A DNA stretch of 64,000 nt from assembly GCA_013377005.1 (NCBI GenBank), contig JACABE010000002.1:7165-71164 (forward strand), written 5' to 3'. Made by a program: the position numbers and the translations under genes. How positions within the stretch are numbered: position 1 is the stretch's first letter; every line of letters starts with the position of its first letter. Shown in pieces: positions 1-10,247 of the stretch. The stretch comes from Bacteroidota bacterium (GTDB taxonomy: Bacteria > Bacteroidota > Bacteroidia > Bacteroidales > JACABE01). The notes under the pieces are model-generated. The model did not search any database. It saw only the letters and a program-made list of their open reading frames with translations, and had not been told where the DNA came from.

Positions 1-1049
1 ATGATTTCCATATGTAAGAGACCAAGAAAACCACATCTGAATCCAAACCCTAATGCCATGGAAGATTCCGGTTCAAAGGTTAAAGAAGCATCGTTTAACT
101 GAAGTTTTTCAATAGAACTTCGTAGTTCTTCATAATCATCAGCATCTATAGGGTAAACTCCGGCAAAAACCATTGGTTTTACATTCTCGAAACCATCAAT
201 AGCTTTTAAACAAGGTTTATTAACATGTGTAATTGTATCACCAACCTTAACTTCCTTTGATGTCTTAATTCCTGATATAATATATCCTACATCACCAGCA
301 CTTAATTTATCTTTTGGTTCTGGTTTTAATTTTAAAACACCAATTTCATCCGCATGATATTCTTTTCCTGTTGCAAAAAACTTAACAAAATCTCCTTTTT
401 TTACTTCACCATTCATAATCCTGAAATATGAAATAATTCCTCTGAAAGAATTAAATACAGAGTCAAAAATAAGTGCTTGCAAAGGTTCATCAACAGAACC
501 ACTTGGAGCAGGAATTCTGCTAACTATCGCTTCAAGAATACCTTCAATTCCATAACCTGTTTTTCCACTTGCTTCTATAATATCATCCCGATCACAACCA
601 ATCAAATCAACAATCTGATCTTTCACTTCTTCTGGCATGGCTGCATCCAAATCTATTTTATTAAGAACAGGAATAATTTCTAAATCATGGTCTAAAGCAA
701 GATATAGATTTGAAATCGTTTGAGCCTGTATTCCTTGGGTAGCATCAACAATAAGCAGTGCACCTTCACATGCAGCAATAGAGCGAGATACTTCGTATGA
801 AAAATCAACATGACCAGGTGTATCAATTAAATTTAATTTATACATTACACCTTCATGCAGATAATCCATCTGGATTGCATGACTTTTAATAGTAATCCCT
901 CTTTCTCTTTCCAAATCCATGTCGTCAAGCACCTGTGCCTGTGAATCTCTTGCAGAAACAGTATGAGTAATCTCTAACAATCTGTCTGCAAGCGTACTTT
1001 TCCCATGATCAATATGGGCAATAATGCAAAAATTTCTTATGTTTTTCAT
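1..1049 (-). CDS. lepA: Elongation factor 4 (LepA), 5' portion; the gene runs off the left edge of the window
   Basis: Own reverse-strand translation from ATG at 1047-1049 gives [25 protein letters not shown]...[14 protein letters not shown]...VLNKIDL, the translational GTPase G1/G3/G4 motifs in the LepA arrangement. The frame stays open to position 1. It is absent from the ORF track because there is no stop in the window. Confidence 0.93.
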   Translation of the reverse strand, partial: MKNIRNFCIIAHIDHGKSTLADRLLEITHTVSARDSQAQVLDDMDLERERGITIKSHAIQMDYLHEGVMYKLNLIDTPGHVDFSYEVSRSIAACEGALLIVDATQGIQAQTISNLYLALDHDLEIIPVLNKIDLDAAMPEEVKDQIVDLIGCDRDDIIEASGKTGYGIEGILEAIVSRIPAPSGSVDEPLQALIFDSVFNSFRGIISYFRIMNGEVKKGDFVKFFATGKEYHADEIGVLKLKPEPKDKLSAGDVGYIISGIKTSKEVKVGDTITHVNKPCLKAIDGFENVKPMVFAGVYPIDADDYEELRSSIEKLQLNDASLTFEPESSMALGFGFRCGFLGLLHMEI

Positions 1050-1275
1050 TGTGTGCAAAAGTACAAAAAAAACTGAAATCTAACAACTTGTTTAGTTAAG
1101 CTCTTAATTACCTGATTATCTAGTGAATTAATACTCCTTTTAATAACTTTTTTTGCTTTCTATAAGGATATTTATAATACAATTCTACTAATCTTTAAAA
1201 AAAACAAAATACATACAACCTTTACAAAAATTTAAACGTCTGCTGAATAACTACAATATATTAAAAATAATTTTA

Positions 1276-1283
1276 TACTTTTG
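1276..1283 (+). promoter_or_regulatory. Candidate Bacteroidota sigma-A -7 box (TACTTTTG, matches TAnnTTTG)
   Basis: Exact TAnnTTTG match 26 nt upstream of the ATG at 1309. Motif match only. Confidence 0.35.
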
Positions 1284-1308
1284 TAATCCTTTAAAAATCT
1301 ATAAAGAA

Positions 1309-1773
1309 ATGAAAAAATCAATTGCTTTTTTTGGTAAATGTTTATTTATCATTATTTTATTTGTTGGCTTTTCTGCCATTAGTCAAAATAAAAATCTAAC
1401 TCCTGATGCACGGTTGTATCAGTGTTACGAAAAAACCTATCTTGATAATTTAGCTAAAACAAATCCAGAACAAGTTTTGTATCTGAATTATTATCTTGAT
1501 AATTCTTATTATACAGCAAGTTTAAAAGCAGAAAAACCAATCACTGGTATTGATATTACTACTTTATTTGAAAAATCTAAAATAGGGGATGTTACTAAAA
1601 TTCCTTTTAAAGAAAGAGTTTACAATAAAGCTAGTTTTAATGTGTTGAAATATAATTTTAATTTAGATGAAAATTTATTTACAACTTATCTGTGGAAAGA
1701 AGCTGGTATTGCAATTGTTTTTAGTCCTTTAAAATACATTAAAAGTGATTTTAATCAAAAAAATAACAAATAA
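1309..1773 (+). CDS. Hypothetical secreted protein (154 aa)
   Basis: ORF with N-terminal signal-like segment MKKSIAFFGKCLFIIILFVGFSAISQ. No family recognised. It ends 12 nt before the next gene. Confidence 0.6.
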   Translation: MKKSIAFFGKCLFIIILFVGFSAISQNKNLTPDARLYQCYEKTYLDNLAKTNPEQVLYLNYYLDNSYYTASLKAEKPITGIDITTLFEKSKIGDVTKIPFKERVYNKASFNVLKYNFNLDENLFTTYLWKEAGIAIVFSPLKYIKSDFNQKNNK

Positions 1774-1784
1774 AAACTTTAGAG

Positions 1785-4475
1785 ATGAAAAAGATACTAT
1801 TATTCAGTTTGTTTGCATTTATCGTTATTGGTATTAAAGCACAAACTTATGACATTGCTGCATATAATGGACAAACATTACAAAGTTGCGCTGTAGATTT
1901 TTATGCTACAACAGCAGCAACTTATGCTGCAAATGTTAATCAAACAATTACTTTTCAATCAAATAGTGCAACTAACACTCATCTCAGAATGAGTTTTGCT
2001 ACTTTTGATGTTGACGCATCAGATACATTATTTGTATATGACGGATTAAATACTTCTGCACCTTTAATAGGAAAATTTAATAGCTCACATCCACTTACAG
2101 CAGGTCAAAATGTTGTTCAATCAACTGTTACAAATTTATCTGGTGCTTTAACATTCAAGTTTGTAACAAATTCAAGTATTCAAAAAGCAGGATGGTTTGC
2201 TTCTATGGTATGTATAAAAGCTTGTAAAAGAATTATTGCATCTTTAGATACAGTACTTACCTCTCCGAAACCTCACAATAATTATATTGATTTATGCTTA
2301 GGAAACCCAATTAATTTTGTTGGTGCAGAAAACTTTCCAGATAGCAATGTGGCTGGTTATCATCAAACAAAATATAATTGTACTTATACTTGGGATTTTG
2401 GAGATGGTTCCCCAACTGCAACAGGATATAATGTTACCCATAATTATTTAGTTAGAAAAGGCTATGATATAATGCTTACTATTACAGATAGTATGGGTTG
2501 TACAAGTACAAATGCTTTAGGTACTAGAGTTAGAATATCTTCGAAACCCACTACGATAATAAAACCTTTACCAGATATGTGCTCAGGTGACACTAAATTA
2601 ATAAATGTTGGTTATAATCCAAACTCAGTGATTTTAGTTGAACCTATGGCTTTTGCCCAAACTTCTAAGCAAGGATTTGACAGTACGATGTTTATTCCTG
2701 ATGGTCCTGCATGTCCTCCTGGAGTTTATAATACTAACGTTTTCTTTAATAATTTCCCTCCTGGTGCTAGTATTCAAAATGCCAGTGATATACTTGCAAT
2801 TTGTGTAAATATAGAACATAGTTTCTCTGGCGATTTAGGATTTAGAGTTATTTGTCCAAACAATCAAAGTGTATGGATAGATCCGAATCAACATTCGGGT
2901 GCAAATGGGTTGGGGGTTTTTAATGATACTGATGGATCACCAGCTTGCTCTGCTGCTGCGAATACGCCAGGTGTTGGTTGGAATTATTGTTGGTCGGAAT
3001 ATTATCCTAATAATGGTACTTTAGGAAGTAAAAAAGGGACAGGTCCCAATCCAATCGACTCCACAAATACAATAGCTCACACTAATTATTTTTTACCAGG
3101 CAATCCACTTTCAGGTTTAGTAGGTTGTCCTTTAAATGGTACTTGGAGTATAGAAATTACAGATAACTGGGGAATAGATAATGGTTATGTTTTTAATTGG
3201 ACTTTAGAATTAACAGCAAATTTAATGCCTGGTAACTGGTCTTATGATGTAAAAATTGATTCTGTTGGATTTGCCGGCCCCTTTATCAACGCACTTAATG
3301 ACACTACTGCTTTAATTTCACCTACTATTGGCGGTACATATGCATATAATATATCTTTGGTTGATGAGTTTGGCTGTGCTTGGGATACTACTACTACTAT
3401 GAACGTAATTCAAACTCCTCATCCAAATTTAGGCTCAGATACTTCATTATGCTATCCTTACACAACAATACTGGATCCAGGAAATATAGGTACTATGTAT
3501 TCATGGTCTACACCTAGTGGTATAAAAACTACTCAAACTATTACTTCAGACACAATTACTAAGCCATATCCTTATCTTTTTTACTATGTTGTAGCAGCAT
3601 CTAATCTAAACACAACACATTTACTAACCTGTACAGGGAAGGATACCATAGTTGTAATGGTTGTACCTTCTCCTTTTGTAACCTTCGAAACACCTCCATT
3701 TAAAGGCTCCATTATTGGATGTGAGCCATTAAGTGTTTCTTTTCTTAATTCATCTACACCTGCAAACTCGACTTATTTCTGGGATTTTGGTGATGGACAA
3801 ACATCAACCGATGCGAATCCTTTACACGATTTTGCATCTGGTAATTTTGTAGTATCATTAACAGCAACTTCAGCTGATGGTTGTTCAAAAACATTCTCTA
3901 CTTCTCCTGGTTTTGTAGTAAGTTATCCTCAACCAATTGCAGACTTCACATGGAATCCTCCAATTGGAATAAGGCAGAATCCGCTTATTAATTTTACAAA
4001 CTTAACTACACCAGCTAATTCCACGTTTACATGGCAATGGGATTTTGGTGATCATAGCCCTACTGATATAGCTCAAAATCCTATTCATATGTTTCCTAAC
4101 ACACAGGATGATTCAATTTATACTGTTACTTTAATTTCTTGGAGTGAACACGGAAATGGCGTTAAATGTGCTGATACAAATTCATATAATGTAAAAATTA
4201 TTGATGATTTATTGATATTTCCTAATGTTTTAACTCCAAATGGAGATGGTATTAATGATAAATTCGAGATTGGAGCATTAATAAGAGGTGGTGGATATAC
4301 TGAAGCTCAAGTTATTATATATAATCGCTGGGGTAAGAAAGTATATGAAAATAATAACTATAAAAATGATTTTGATGGTGAAGGCTTGCCTGATGGTGTT
4401 TATTATGTTACTATTAAAGCAAAAGGCTTATTAAAAAATGTAGAATACAAGAGTAGTTTGCAAATATTAAGATAA
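1785..4475 (+). CDS. T9SS type-B (gliding-motility-associated C-terminal domain) secreted multidomain protein with a CUB-like N-terminus, a proprotein-convertase-type P-domain and PKD repeats
   Basis: Signal peptide MKKILLFSLFAFIVIGIKAQ. P-domain-like segment ICVNIEHSFSGDLGFRVICPNNQS...GTWSIEITDNWGIDNGYVFNWTLEL. PKD-like WDFGDG repeats occur 3 times. The C-terminus IFPNVLTPNGDGINDKFEI...IYNRWGKKVYE...GVYYV matches the CHU_C/type-B T9SS sorting domain as I remember it. Confidence 0.85.
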   Translation: MKKILLFSLFAFIVIGIKAQTYDIAAYNGQTLQSCAVDFYATTAATYAANVNQTITFQSNSATNTHLRMSFATFDVDASDTLFVYDGLNTSAPLIGKFNSSHPLTAGQNVVQSTVTNLSGALTFKFVTNSSIQKAGWFASMVCIKACKRIIASLDTVLTSPKPHNNYIDLCLGNPINFVGAENFPDSNVAGYHQTKYNCTYTWDFGDGSPTATGYNVTHNYLVRKGYDIMLTITDSMGCTSTNALGTRVRISSKPTTIIKPLPDMCSGDTKLINVGYNPNSVILVEPMAFAQTSKQGFDSTMFIPDGPACPPGVYNTNVFFNNFPPGASIQNASDILAICVNIEHSFSGDLGFRVICPNNQSVWIDPNQHSGANGLGVFNDTDGSPACSAAANTPGVGWNYCWSEYYPNNGTLGSKKGTGPNPIDSTNTIAHTNYFLPGNPLSGLVGCPLNGTWSIEITDNWGIDNGYVFNWTLELTANLMPGNWSYDVKIDSVGFAGPFINALNDTTALISPTIGGTYAYNISLVDEFGCAWDTTTTMNVIQTPHPNLGSDTSLCYPYTTILDPGNIGTMYSWSTPSGIKTTQTITSDTITKPYPYLFYYVVAASNLNTTHLLTCTGKDTIVVMVVPSPFVTFETPPFKGSIIGCEPLSVSFLNSSTPANSTYFWDFGDGQTSTDANPLHDFASGNFVVSLTATSADGCSKTFSTSPGFVVSYPQPIADFTWNPPIGIRQNPLINFTNLTTPANSTFTWQWDFGDHSPTDIAQNPIHMFPNTQDDSIYTVTLISWSEHGNGVKCADTNSYNVKIIDDLLIFPNVLTPNGDGINDKFEIGALIRGGGYTEAQVIIYNRWGKKVYENNNYKNDFDGEGLPDGVYYVTIKAKGLLKNVEYKSSLQILR

Positions 4476-4496
4476 AGATTTCTTAATATTACCTAA

Positions 4497-4528
4497 AAAA
4501 GACGCTTTAAAAAAAAGCGTCTTTTTTT
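4497..4528 (+). terminator. Rho-independent terminator after the T9SS substrate gene
   Basis: aaaaaagacgcttt / aaagcgtcttttttt hairpin followed by a T-run, about 25 nt after the stop at 4475. Confidence 0.75.
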
Positions 4529-4572
4529 AATTAAAGTAATGATTGAATAGTTTTTATTCATTATATCAAACC

Positions 4573-4616
4573 AAAAATAAAAGGAGGATAGTATAAAGTA
4601 TCCTCCTTTTATTTTT
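4573..4616. other. Perfect 18-bp stem hairpin (loop gtataaag) in a convergent intergenic gap
   Basis: aaaaataaaaggaggata (4573-4590) is the exact reverse complement of tatcctccttttattttt (4599-4616). It has A/T runs on both sides, so it could act as a bidirectional terminator. Confidence 0.5.
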
Positions 4617-4801
4617 ATTGCATATCAATGAAATTTTGTTATGAATTGTCTCTTGAAGAACCTATTTTATCTTCAGTTTACAGTTGAAATGTAATAAATT
4701 TATCAATAAAAATACAAAACGTAAAGATTATAAACTCAAAATAAAACTCATTAATACTGATTTAAGAAGTATTAGTGGTAGTGATTTTTATTATTCAGCC
4801 T

Positions 4802-4838
4802 CAATTGATTTTTTGATTAATCAAAAAAATCAATTTGA
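4802..4838 (-). terminator. Hairpin overlapping the stop codon of the deoxyhypusine-synthase-like gene
   Basis: caattgattttttgatt / aatcaaaaaaatcaatt palindrome with a one-base bulge, spanning the stop at 4830. Confidence 0.45.
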
Positions 4839-5861
4839 GCTTCTTTTATCTAGCATTTTTGTCCATTCTTTTTTTGTTCTTGCTTTCCAGTTACTATTAT
4901 GATAAGCATAGCTAATCATTAACGGCAAAACAGATGTAGCTTCAGCATATACCATTTGTTCATAAACAGTATCAACTTTACCCCATGATGAAGCTTCTTT
5001 CAACGTAGAACTTGAACAAGCACCATCTCTTGAATCCGCAACAGTAATTTGAACTGCATATTTATGCATAGGCACATCTTTACCTAATACCTCTGCACAA
5101 ATTACAGTATCCTGAGTAAAATTCTTAGGAACACCTCCACCAATCATAAATAATCCAGTAATTTGTGCTGCCATTTTAATTTTAGTTAATTCTAGGAAAT
5201 CTTTAACAGAATCAATAGAAAGATGTTTGTCAGGATTTTCCCATTGATGAAGCACTAATCCAAAACCTGCACTACTATCTGTAAAAGCAGGACAAAAAAT
5301 AGGAACATTATGTTCATAACAAACCTGAACCAACGAATCTTTTTTCTTAGAATGGGTTGTCAAATATTTACCCATTTCACGTATAAATTCTCGTGAAGAA
5401 TAAGCTCTTTTTTCCAATGAATCAGTAATTTCCTTAATTGTTCTGTCGCACATTTGCAATTCCTCTTCATCAATATAAGTATCATAAATTCTATCAATGT
5501 AGAGATCTCTTAATTTACTGTCATCAATAAATGGAGATCCTTTATAATGTTTAAAACCTAAAGCTTCAAAAAAATCCATATCTACAATAGATGCACCTGT
5601 AGCAACTATTGCATCAATCATATTTGCTTTAACCATATCAACATATACCTGCATACAACCAGCAGCACTTGTACTACCTGCAAGAGTAAGAATGATACTG
5701 CAATCATTTTCATTAATCATTCTATTTAAAATATCTGTGGCATTTGCAGTATCTCTTGATGTGAATGACATATCACGCATAGCATCAATAATAAGTGTTG
5801 AATCAAAAGATTTTATATCTATGTGTTTTACAACTTCTTTTAATAAATCCGACTTTTTCAT
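4830..5861 (-). CDS. Deoxyhypusine synthase family protein (probable homospermidine-type aminobutyl transferase)
   Basis: 343 aa. The full length shows the DHS-like pattern (ILTLAGSTSAAGCMQ..., ATGASIVDMDFFEALGF, GGGVPKNF, SSWGK). It lies next to an arginine decarboxylase gene, as in many Bacteroidota. Confidence 0.88.
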   Translation of the reverse strand: MKKSDLLKEVVKHIDIKSFDSTLIIDAMRDMSFTSRDTANATDILNRMINENDCSIILTLAGSTSAAGCMQVYVDMVKANMIDAIVATGASIVDMDFFEALGFKHYKGSPFIDDSKLRDLYIDRIYDTYIDEEELQMCDRTIKEITDSLEKRAYSSREFIREMGKYLTTHSKKKDSLVQVCYEHNVPIFCPAFTDSSAGFGLVLHQWENPDKHLSIDSVKDFLELTKIKMAAQITGLFMIGGGVPKNFTQDTVICAEVLGKDVPMHKYAVQITVADSRDGACSSSTLKEASSWGKVDTVYEQMVYAEATSVLPLMISYAYHNSNWKARTKKEWTKMLDKRSSN

Positions 5862-5907
5862 ATTATTATTCGTTAATTGATAATTTGTTACAAAATTAAT
5901 AAAAAAA

Positions 5908-7299
5908 TTAATATCCTAAAATTTTAAGCATTGATTTATGACTTTGTTCTTTTGCAAATAATTTAGTTGTATATTCACCTTCTTCGTCTAAATCGATTAT
6001 AATGTGTTTAGGAGCTGGTGTTAAGCAATGCTGGATACCACCATAACCACCTAGAGATTCTTGATAAGCTCCTGTATGAAAAAAACCGATATATTGTAAA
6101 CTTTCAGGAGTAATTTTTGGTAAAAAAACAGCATTTGAATGTGCTTCTGCATTATAAAAATCTTGACTATCACATGTTAATCCACCGAGAAAGACTCTTT
6201 GATATTCTTTTTCCCAATTATTAATAGCTAATAAAATATATCGCTGATTAATTGCCCATGTATCAGGTAAAGTAGTCATAAAAGAACTATCAATCATATT
6301 CCATTGCTCACGATCATTTTGTTGCTTTTGGTCAATAATAGAAAATAAGGTTGCTCCACTTTCACCTACTGTAAATGAGCCAAACTCTGTGAAAATATTT
6401 GGTTCTACTACCTTTTGCTGTTCACAAATATTTTTTATCTGACCTATAATTTCTTCAGCCATATATTCATAATCATAGTTAAAACCTAAATTATTTTTAA
6501 TAGGAAACCCACCACCTATGTTTAACGAATCTAATTCAGGGCAAATCTTTTTAAGTTCACAATATATATTAACACACTTAGATAACTCATTCCAATAATA
6601 TGCAGAATCTTTAATTCCTGTATTTATAAAAAAATGGAGCATCTTTAACTCAAATTTAGGATTATTTTTAATATTATCAATATAAAAAGATAATATATCA
6701 TTGTATCGCATACCTAAACGAGAAGTATAAAACTCAAACATTGGTTCTTCTTCTGCTGCAATTCTAATTCCAATTTTGCAAGAACCAGTAATTTGTTCAT
6801 CAAGCAATCTAATTTCATCTTTGTTATCTAATACAGGAATTGTATTTACAAATCCTTGATTCAACAATTCTGCTATATTTTCTACATATTGCGGTCGTTT
6901 AAAACCATTACATATAATAAACCGTTCTTTATTTATTTTCCCTAACAAAAACAATTCATTAATAATATTAATATCAAATGCAGATGATGTTTCGATACTA
7001 ACATCATTTTTCAACACTTCTTCCATGATAAATGAGAAATGAGAACTTTTAGTGCAATAACAATAGTAATAGTCACTTTGATAATCTACTTTAGCCATTG
7101 CAACATTAAACATCCGTTTTGCTTTTTGAATTTGAGAGCTGATTTTTGGTAAATAACTAATTTTAAGAGGAGTTCCATATTGCTTGATTATATCCATCAA
7201 TGGAACACCATTAAAATACAATTCATTATCTATTACTTTAAATTCTTCGTTCGGAAACTCAAAAGTTTGCTCAATTAAATCAATATATTTATTTTTCAT
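5908..7299 (-). CDS. PLP-dependent (fold-type III) arginine decarboxylase, short Bacteroidota form
   Basis: 463 aa. N-terminus MKNKYIDLIEQTFEFPNEEF...QYGTPLKISYLP, then YCYCTKSSHF (a PLP-lysine region) and GGGFPI. The Orn/DAP/Arg decarboxylase architecture was recognised by eye. Confidence 0.8.
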   Translation of the reverse strand: MKNKYIDLIEQTFEFPNEEFKVIDNELYFNGVPLMDIIKQYGTPLKISYLPKISSQIQKAKRMFNVAMAKVDYQSDYYYCYCTKSSHFSFIMEEVLKNDVSIETSSAFDINIINELFLLGKINKERFIICNGFKRPQYVENIAELLNQGFVNTIPVLDNKDEIRLLDEQITGSCKIGIRIAAEEEPMFEFYTSRLGMRYNDILSFYIDNIKNNPKFELKMLHFFINTGIKDSAYYWNELSKCVNIYCELKKICPELDSLNIGGGFPIKNNLGFNYDYEYMAEEIIGQIKNICEQQKVVEPNIFTEFGSFTVGESGATLFSIIDQKQQNDREQWNMIDSSFMTTLPDTWAINQRYILLAINNWEKEYQRVFLGGLTCDSQDFYNAEAHSNAVFLPKITPESLQYIGFFHTGAYQESLGGYGGIQHCLTPAPKHIIIDLDEEGEYTTKLFAKEQSHKSMLKILGY

Positions 7300-7415
7300 T
7301 TCAAAATGTAAGTAAGTTGGATTAACTTTAATTTTTCAATCTAACTGAGTTAGATTTATTTTTTAATCTGCAAAATTAAAAAAAATAAATAACATTTCAG
7401 TTGATAATAACAAAA

Positions 7416-7457
7416 TAAGGAGCATAAAGTATAATAAAAATACTCTATCCTCCTTAT
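7416..7457 (-). terminator. Imperfect hairpin terminator downstream of sdhB
   Basis: ataaggagcataaagtat / atactctatcctccttat arms, about 40 nt after the sdhB stop at 7496. A T-rich tract follows on the minus strand. Confidence 0.5.
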
Positions 7458-7495
7458 ATAAATTAAATTAAAATATATTACTCGCTTCTAATTTG

Positions 7496-8236
7496 TTATG
7501 ATATGTTAGCACATAAAAATTCTCTATTCATACGAGCGATATTTGAAACAGAAATTTTCTTAGGGCATTCAGCTTCGCAAGCAAAAGTATTACTACAATT
7601 CCCAAAACCTAATTCATCCATTTTTGCAACCATGGCTTTTACCCTGTCTTTTGCTTCAATTTTACCTTGAGGTAACAAAGCAAATTGAGAAACTTTAGCT
7701 GCTACAAATAACATTGCAGAAGCATTTTTACAAGCTGATACACAAGCTCCGCAGCCAATACATGCAGAAGCATCCATAGCTAATTCAGCATCATTACGAT
7801 TAATCGGTATCGAATTAGCATCGGGTACACCACCTGTAGTAACTGATATATAACCACCTGCCTGTATAATCTGATCAAATGCATTACGATTTATCATCAA
7901 ATCTTTTATTATAGGAAATGCTTTTGATCGCCATGGTTCAATAGTAATGGTATCTCCATCTTTAAATTTACGCATGTGCAACTGACATGTAGTTACTTCA
8001 TTATCTGGGCCATGCGGACGACCGTTAATATATAAACTACACATTCCACATATACCTTCACGACAATCATGATCAAAATTGATAGGTAATTGAACTTTAT
8101 CTATCAAGCTCTCATTCAATATATCAAGCATTTCTAAAAAAGAACAATCAGGTGATATATTTTGAACTTTATAAGTTTCGAATTTCCCTTTTGCTTTCGG
8201 ATTTTCTTGTCTCCAAATTTCTAATGTTAAATCCAT
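7496..8236 (-). CDS. sdhB: Succinate dehydrogenase/fumarate reductase iron-sulfur subunit
   Basis: 246 aa with three Cys clusters: CREGICGMC...C, CIGCGAC..AC and C...C.AECP. Confidence 0.93.
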   Translation of the reverse strand: MDLTLEIWRQENPKAKGKFETYKVQNISPDCSFLEMLDILNESLIDKVQLPINFDHDCREGICGMCSLYINGRPHGPDNEVTTCQLHMRKFKDGDTITIEPWRSKAFPIIKDLMINRNAFDQIIQAGGYISVTTGGVPDANSIPINRNDAELAMDASACIGCGACVSACKNASAMLFVAAKVSQFALLPQGKIEAKDRVKAMVAKMDELGFGNCSNTFACEAECPKKISVSNIARMNREFLCANIS

Positions 8237-8293
8237 TTAATTTTGTTTTAATATGAAAAAAGATTAAATTTAAGTACCCAGAGAGTACTTATT

Positions 8294-10234
8294 TTATTTG
8301 TAATCCCTTTGTTTAACTTCAATAGCTTCATAATTTAAAGGTTCTTTATGAAGCTCAGGCATTTGATCTTCTCCTTTGTATTCCCATGCTCCAACAAACA
8401 TAAAATCATTATCATTCCTTAATGCTTCTCCTTCAGGAGTCTGATATTCTTCCCTGAAATGTCCACCACAAGATTCGTTTCTTTGCAGTGCATCTAAAGC
8501 AATCAATTCACCCAATTCAATAAAATCAGCAACACGAGTGGCTTTTTCAAGCTCTGTATTAACACCATTCATATCACCTGGAACACGTAAATCACTCCAA
8601 TAATCCTTCTTTAGTTCACGGATAAGTTCAACAGCTTTGCTTAGACCTTCTTTGGTTCTTCCCATTCCGACATATTCCCACATAATATGACCTAATTTTT
8701 TATGGAAGTAATCAACAGATTTATTGCCACTTATCGACATTAATTTGTTCAAACGTCCTTTTACTTCTTCCAGAGTTTTATTAAATTCAGGTAAATCGGT
8801 TGACATACGTGGAACTTTTATTTCCTTTGAAAGATAATTCTGAATGGTATATGGCAATACAAAATAACCATCTGATAATCCTTGCATCAATGCAGAAGCT
8901 CCCAAACGATTTGCACCATGATCAGAAAAATTAGCTTCACCAGCACAGAATAAACCTTCAATCGTAGTTTGTAGTTCATAATCAACCCAAACACCTCCCA
9001 TTGTATAATGTACTGCAGGATAAATCATCATCGGATTTTCATACGGATTTTCATCTACTATCTTTTCATACATCTGAAAAAGATTGCCATAACGTTCTTC
9101 AATTACATCTTTACCCAAACGTTTAATAGCTGCTGCAAAATCAAGATAAACAGCCAATCCAGTATTTCCAACACCAAAGCCGGCATCACATCTTTCTTTG
9201 GCAGCTCTTGAAGCTACATCACGCGGAACCAAATTACCAAAGGCAGGATATCTTCTTTCAAGGAAATAATCGCGTTCTTCTTCTTTTATATCATTGGCTT
9301 TAAGCTGTTTTTTACGAATCTTTTCAGCATCTTCCTTGTTTTTAGGAACCCATATTCTACCATCATTACGTAAGCTTTCGCTCATTAATGTAAGTTTTGA
9401 CTGATAATCACCATGTACAGGTATACAGGTTGGATGTATCTGCACATAACTCGGATTGGCAAAGAATGCACCTTTTTTATAAATTTGCCATGCTGCACTT
9501 GAATTTGAATTCATGGCATTGGTTGAAAGAAAATATACATTTCCGTAGCCACCTGTTGCAATTACAACAGCATGACCAAAATGTTTTTCCAGTTCACCTG
9601 TAACAACGTTTCTTGATATGATTCCTCTTGCTTTTCCTTCGACAAGAACTAAATCAAGCATTTCGCTACGGTTATATAATTTTACATTTCCCAACTTAAT
9701 CTGATGACTTAAAGCACCATAAGCTCCTAACAATAATTGTTGTCCGGTTTGACCACGGGCATAGAAAGTACGCGAAACCTGAGCACCACCAAAAGAACGA
9801 TTATCTAACAAACCGCTGTAATCACGTGCAAACGGAACTCCCTGAGCAACACATTGATCAATAATTGAACCACTTACTTCGGCTAAACGATATACATTGG
9901 CTTCTCTAGCTCTGTAATCACCACCTTTTATAGTGTCGTAAAACAATCGGTAAACGCTATCACCATCATTTGGATAATTTTTTGAAGCATTTATTCCTCC
10001 CTGTGCAGCAATACTATGTGCTCTGCGTGGGCTATCTGATATACAAAATATTTTTACTTTAAACCCCATAGCTCCCAGACTGGCTGCAGCAGAAGCACCA
10101 GCTAAACCAGTACCTACAACAATAATATCTAATTTAGGTTTATTAGGAGGATTAACAAGATTTTGATGAGATTTATAATTTGTCCATTTATCGGCTAAAT
10201 TGCCTTTTGGTATTTTTGAATTCAATTTTGTCAT
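8294..10234 (-). CDS. sdhA: Succinate dehydrogenase/fumarate reductase flavoprotein subunit
   Basis: FAD Rossmann motif [29 protein letters not shown] and the full-length SdhA/FrdA pattern. The ORF-track start at 10240 is a TTG; the ATG two codons downstream (10232-10234) is preferred. Confidence 0.92.
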   Translation of the reverse strand: MTKLNSKIPKGNLADKWTNYKSHQNLVNPPNKPKLDIIVVGTGLAGASAAASLGAMGFKVKIFCISDSPRRAHSIAAQGGINASKNYPNDGDSVYRLFYDTIKGGDYRAREANVYRLAEVSGSIIDQCVAQGVPFARDYSGLLDNRSFGGAQVSRTFYARGQTGQQLLLGAYGALSHQIKLGNVKLYNRSEMLDLVLVEGKARGIISRNVVTGELEKHFGHAVVIATGGYGNVYFLSTNAMNSNSSAAWQIYKKGAFFANPSYVQIHPTCIPVHGDYQSKLTLMSESLRNDGRIWVPKNKEDAEKIRKKQLKANDIKEEERDYFLERRYPAFGNLVPRDVASRAAKERCDAGFGVGNTGLAVYLDFAAAIKRLGKDVIEERYGNLFQMYEKIVDENPYENPMMIYPAVHYTMGGVWVDYELQTTIEGLFCAGEANFSDHGANRLGASALMQGLSDGYFVLPYTIQNYLSKEIKVPRMSTDLPEFNKTLEEVKGRLNKLMSISGNKSVDYFHKKLGHIMWEYVGMGRTKEGLSKAVELIRELKKDYWSDLRVPGDMNGVNTELEKATRVADFIELGELIALDALQRNESCGGHFREEYQTPEGEALRNDNDFMFVGAWEYKGEDQMPELHKEPLNYEAIEVKQRDYK

Positions 10235-10247
10235 AAACAATCAATTT

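Noticed and set aside
477-683. 68-aa plus-strand ORF
   Set aside because: It is antisense to the clearly coding lepA frame.
1050-1075. TACTTTTG box immediately upstream of lepA as a promoter
   Set aside because: The TAnnTTTG match ends only about 6 nt before the ATG, which is too close for a -7 element with a normal leader. It is probably coincidental.
4684-4902. 72-aa plus-strand ORF overlapping the 3' end of the deoxyhypusine-synthase-like gene
   Set aside because: It overlaps a well-supported gene and spans the palindromic terminator. No features support coding.
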